Shown piece after piece: positions 36,311-39,427 of a stretch of 39,427 nt of DNA (its first letter is position 1; the number at the start of each line of letters is the position of its first letter). The translations under genes were made by a program, and so were the position numbers. The notes beneath the pieces are model-generated. The model worked only from the letters and a program-made list of their open reading frames with translations. It made no database searches and was not told the DNA's origin. Location: the IMG/VR virus record IMGVR_UViG_3300017700_000374, positions 1-39,427 of that record; one strand, 5' to 3'. The DNA is from a virus. Taxonomy: Duplodnaviria; Caudoviricetes.

Positions 36311-36564
36311 GCTGCCGTCCCTCCGTTCGCGATGGTGCGGATGGCGGCTTCAAGCTCAGCAACCTTCGCGCGCAATTTGGCGTTTTCGTCGGCGTATCCA
36401 CTCATCGCGTCTTCGGCGCGTGTGATGTCGTAGCCGCTTACCGGAATGGTCTGACCACCACGGTCACGAGCCAGCCCGATTGCGTAGATCAGCGTGTCCC
36501 TGTGGATGTCAGGATGTTCACGGGCGCTGACCGAGATTTCCTCGGCGCTCGGTGCTTCGCTCAT
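36307..36564 (-). CDS. Hypothetical protein with C-terminal coiled coil
   Basis: Coupled ORF. Confidence 0.7.
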   Translation of the reverse strand: MSEAPSAEEISVSAREHPDIHRDTLIYAIGLARDRGGQTIPVSGYDITRAEDAMSGYADENAKLRAKVAELEAAIRTIANGGTAA

Positions 36565-37190
36565 GACGTTGCCACCTTAGCGGCTGACCGGAATCGCTCG
36601 GCAAGCAACCGGCATGTGGCACGCCTTCCGTGTAGCGCGGCTTCGGGATGAAACCGATCATGCTGCTCGTCCGCGATCTTCGCCGCTTCCTCCAGCCCCG
36701 CGATCCGTCCTTCCGCATGACGGTCGGTGGGGGTGGTGGGAACAAGCTTCCGAATCATCGCGGCGATGCTTTCGGCGACCTCGCAATCGGCATGAGCGTT
36801 CGCATCGGCTTCTTCTGCTGCGTCGACCACAGCCTGCCGGTATCCTTCCGCATACCCGTCCTGCTCTGGGGGGATGGCGGCGGCGAGGGCATGTAGGCGG
36901 TTCCACCAGTCAGCGACGTTGTACGCCCACCCGCCTAGCCGTTCCTGCCCAATCATGCAGCCGGTGTGTGGCCGGAACTTGCGGCTGTTCTCGCAGGTGA
37001 TGTAATATCCCGCGCCAATGCCGGCATCGGAGATGACAGCTTTGCCCCCACACAACTTGCAGGGAATGCATGTCGTCGCGGCGTCAATCATCTGCTCGTA
37101 ATCGCTTAGACGGTTGCGCGCCGCCCGCAGCGTTTCGGTTGGCTCTCCCATCACCCTTCTCCGTGCGGCGTTATCGGTTGGCGCGGTCAA
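36561..37190 (-). CDS. Lar-like (restriction-alleviation-type) zinc-finger domain protein
   Basis: PCKLCGGKA...YYITC...C...WWNR pattern; start may be TTG 37190 or ATG 37151. Confidence 0.55.
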   Translation of the reverse strand: MTAPTDNAARRRVMGEPTETLRAARNRLSDYEQMIDAATTCIPCKLCGGKAVISDAGIGAGYYITCENSRKFRPHTGCMIGQERLGGWAYNVADWWNRLHALAAAIPPEQDGYAEGYRQAVVDAAEEADANAHADCEVAESIAAMIRKLVPTTPTDRHAEGRIAGLEEAAKIADEQHDRFHPEAALHGRRATCRLLAERFRSAAKVATS

Positions 37191-37660
37191 CGGCCCACAC
37201 CATAGGCTGGAGTGCGCGGGTCAAGGCCCGAACCCTCTTCTGCATCGTCAAAGCCGGCGAACCACTGACGTGCGCGGGCGGCCTCCTTTTCCAGATCACA
37301 CGGATTGCTATCTCGCGGCTCGTCAGAATTGAAGGCGCGCACACCATCCTTGTATGCCCACGTTGTCTTGTCGATGGCGGGCTCGGCCATCAGGTTAGCA
37401 GAGTCACGGAGAGCCTTTACGAGCTTCTCGTGGCCGGGACCGTCATATTGCACTGCCAGCGAACGCAAACGATCCCATAGGCCCTCGGCAGCAGCGTAAC
37501 GGGCGCTGTGCGGGTCTGCGTGTTCGGTAAAGCCGCGCTTCGTCAGGATCGACAACACATCGGAAAGCGCCTCGCTGTATCCTCGACTCCAACTTTCGCC
37601 TTCCGCTGGCATGCCGGTGCCGCCAAGGGCGTCAATCTCGCGGAAAAGGGTGACGGTCAT
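37187..37660 (-). CDS. Hypothetical protein
   Basis: GGAG RBS; AYKDGVRAF...NPC...QWFAGFD motif. Confidence 0.7.
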   Translation of the reverse strand: MTVTLFREIDALGGTGMPAEGESWSRGYSEALSDVLSILTKRGFTEHADPHSARYAAAEGLWDRLRSLAVQYDGPGHEKLVKALRDSANLMAEPAIDKTTWAYKDGVRAFNSDEPRDSNPCDLEKEAARARQWFAGFDDAEEGSGLDPRTPAYGVGR

Positions 37661-38667
37661 GCGCTGCACTCCGGGCAAGGCTCTTCGTGCGACGAAGGGC
37701 TGATATCATTGGGAAACGGGCGATCCTCGACGTTGATCGTGCCTTCGCCATTGCAGCGCTCGCAGGCCCCTGCGTCGTGAATCTTGGGCGTGTAGGCAAT
37801 CACATCACCGCCTAGGCCGACATGGCCCCACCGATGGCGATGACATAAAGTTCCGATGGAAAGGCAGCCGTCACGGAACAACACTGAACCGCCATCCCAA
37901 TCGTCCGGGGCAAGCTCGGCACCATGCCACGGCTTCATGCCTTCGGGGATCGCATCCCCCTCTTCGACATAACCGCTGTAATCCGCGTCGTCAGACCCGA
38001 TCGGTGCGGCGTCGGGGGTGGCGAGAGCGGCGACGATTGCAAGCCAGTCGCTACCGTGGATTACGACCGATCCGCCGCGCCGTTCCGCATTCTTGCCGGC
38101 TCCAACGACGGCCTCTCGCAGCTTCCCACCCCCCTCCCCGCTTGGTGGGTAGTTCGGCACCTTGAAGCTACGTATGCACGTCGCGCAGTAGCCCGCAGAT
38201 GTTGCGCCAAACCAACTCTTACAAACTCCGCACTGGGTGCCGCGCGGGTCCGTCACAGGGGCAGATTGAACCGCGCCGATTAATTCCCGCATCTTCTCCC
38301 CCTCCCCGCTGGTCGCAGGGACGGGCGGGGTGGCGGCGAGCGCTGCTACGGCGCGATGATACAGGGTTGACGGGTAGCTGCCGTACTTGCTGCGAGTGGC
38401 ACAAGACCCGCGCTTACCAACCGTGGTCGCTGCCACAATTGCCGCCAGTACGTCCCGCGCCTCCACCCCCACCAATCTGTCCGTGGTGAGGCGGGCGCGC
38501 TCGGCGAGGGCGTCAATCGCGCCCAAACGAGCAGCCTGATAGATGATCGCATAGCGCTGCGGCGAACTGCCCGGCTTGCGGCTGCCATGGCACCGCTCGG
38601 CCACGTTCTTCGCGATTGCTTCCGCCTGCTCCACAGCGACGGGTTGAGGTGTTTGTGTGTCGGTCAT
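37657..38667 (-). CDS. Mosaic multi-module protein with zinc-finger motifs
   Basis: CGVC..CATC, PEGMKPWHG..APDDWDGG module, CERCNGEG..CPEC. Confidence 0.75.
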   Translation of the reverse strand: MTDTQTPQPVAVEQAEAIAKNVAERCHGSRKPGSSPQRYAIIYQAARLGAIDALAERARLTTDRLVGVEARDVLAAIVAATTVGKRGSCATRSKYGSYPSTLYHRAVAALAATPPVPATSGEGEKMRELIGAVQSAPVTDPRGTQCGVCKSWFGATSAGYCATCIRSFKVPNYPPSGEGGGKLREAVVGAGKNAERRGGSVVIHGSDWLAIVAALATPDAAPIGSDDADYSGYVEEGDAIPEGMKPWHGAELAPDDWDGGSVLFRDGCLSIGTLCHRHRWGHVGLGGDVIAYTPKIHDAGACERCNGEGTINVEDRPFPNDISPSSHEEPCPECSA

Positions 38668-38677
38668 ATCAAATATC

Positions 38678-38836
38678 CTATGCAAAAATGAGGGCTACGA
38701 CGACAAACACGCCGACCATCGCAAGCCACAGCAACAGGGACACCAGCCAACGCTCGCCGGCATGATCAACGGCAAGCGGCATGGCGGCAATCTCGCGGTC
38801 TCGGGTGTGGAGGGAGGAGGGGCGCTGGGTGATCAT
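38678..38836 (-). CDS. Small protein with a C-terminal TM helix (52 aa)
   Basis: Manual translation ending WLVSLLLWLAMVGVFVVALIFA; ATGA coupling. Confidence 0.6.
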   Translation of the reverse strand: MITQRPSSLHTRDREIAAMPLAVDHAGERWLVSLLLWLAMVGVFVVVALIFA

Positions 38837-39156
38837 CGTGCGGGCTCCTGGGTGGCGAGGGCGATGGCAGCTTCCGCAGCGGGGAGCAGGTGATCAGCGC
38901 CGGGGCAGTGCTTGTTGAGGAACCGGACGCAGCTTTCGAGGCTGTCGAGCAGATCAGGCGCGGCGGCGATCAGGCGGGCGTTGGCCTTGGCCTCTCCGGG
39001 ATATTCCTCCATTAAATCGTCTATCTTAGCGACATTCCACTCGCCCTTGATGCCGAACCTGTTGCAAGGCCACGTCGGCTTTCCGACAATCGAAAGCTCA
39101 TAGTCGTCACGCTCTTCATCAAGGCGCCAAGGCCCCGGCGTATGTTGCGCGCTCAT
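38833..39156 (-). CDS. HTPGPW-family phage hypothetical protein
   Basis: MSAQHTPGPW...ANARLIAAAPDLL...AAIALA signature. Confidence 0.85.
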   Translation of the reverse strand: MSAQHTPGPWRLDEERDDYELSIVGKPTWPCNRFGIKGEWNVAKIDDLMEEYPGEAKANARLIAAAPDLLDSLESCVRFLNKHCPGADHLLPAAEAAIALATQEPAR

Positions 39157-39427
39157 CGTCCGTTCTCCGAAGTATGTGAGGGGGTGGCGGCGTCCTTGCC
39201 CGCTTGGTAAATCCGGTTGCGGACTGCGGTGATCTGCACGCAGATCGCGTTGACGGGGCGGTCGACGCCTTCGATCTCTGGAATGCCGCCGCCGGTAGCG
39301 TGGCACGCGACCATCCACAGCTTGTGCCTCAGCTCGCTCGCTTCCTGCTGGGCGGCCTCAACCGCCGCCAAGATCGCAGCCACAGCCGCCTTCTCGCCGT
39401 GGCGCTCAAGCGCCCCACGATCACCGG
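39153..39427 (-). CDS. 3' part of the junction-spanning hypothetical protein (starts at 169)
   Basis: In frame across the terminal overlap; stop is coupled to the next ATG. Confidence 0.75.
   Translation of the reverse strand, partial: GDRGALERHGEKAAVAAILAAVEAAQQEASELRHKLWMVACHATGGGIPEIEGVDRPVNAICVQITAVRNRIYQAGKDAATPSHTSENGR
39305..39427. repeat. Terminal direct repeat (copy of 1-123)
   Basis: Exact match to the window start. Confidence 0.95.

Noticed and set aside
39305-39427. 123-bp terminal repeat as a biological DTR or att site
   Set aside because: It lies mid-gene and the ORF reads through it, so an assembler overlap of a circularly permuted genome is more likely

Overview
The window is an apparently complete, circularly permuted dsDNA tailed-phage genome of 39,304 bp unique length. 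Bases 1-123 are repeated at 39305-39427, and a gene reads through that junction. It is GC-rich, and the host is probably an alphaproteobacterium (inference). Organisation: (i) a leftward arm of small accessory genes (34634-39427 and 1-509); (ii) a rightward early operon with a Cro-like HTH, a double-HTH protein and a DNA methyltransferase (620-3433); (iii) a leftward recombination/replication operon with a Sak4-like ATPase, SSB, YqaJ exonuclease, SF2 helicase and VRR-NUC (3419-8725); (iv) a rightward HTH, HNH and primase-helicase followed by a repeat-rich putative origin (8815-11940); (v) a rightward late region with terminase, P22-like portal, scaffold, N4-gp56/DUF4043-type capsid, podoviral tail and ejection proteins, tailspike and lysis cassette (12045-34637). 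No integrase, CI-type repressor, canonical tRNA or CRISPR array was recognised. The most notable unexplained elements are: a candidate +1 frameshift (SD, GNRA hairpin, UUU-C) that would fuse a peptidase-M15 domain onto an ejection protein; a ~100-nt antisense structured RNA with two tRNA T-loop motifs between portal and scaffold; a leaderless antisense 32-aa membrane protein overlapping the end of the large ejection gene; a Gly/Pro-tailed peptide plus polytopic membrane protein just upstream of the lysis genes; and a cationic amphipathic peptide where spanins would be expected. All product calls are from motif recognition and synteny; no database searches were run.
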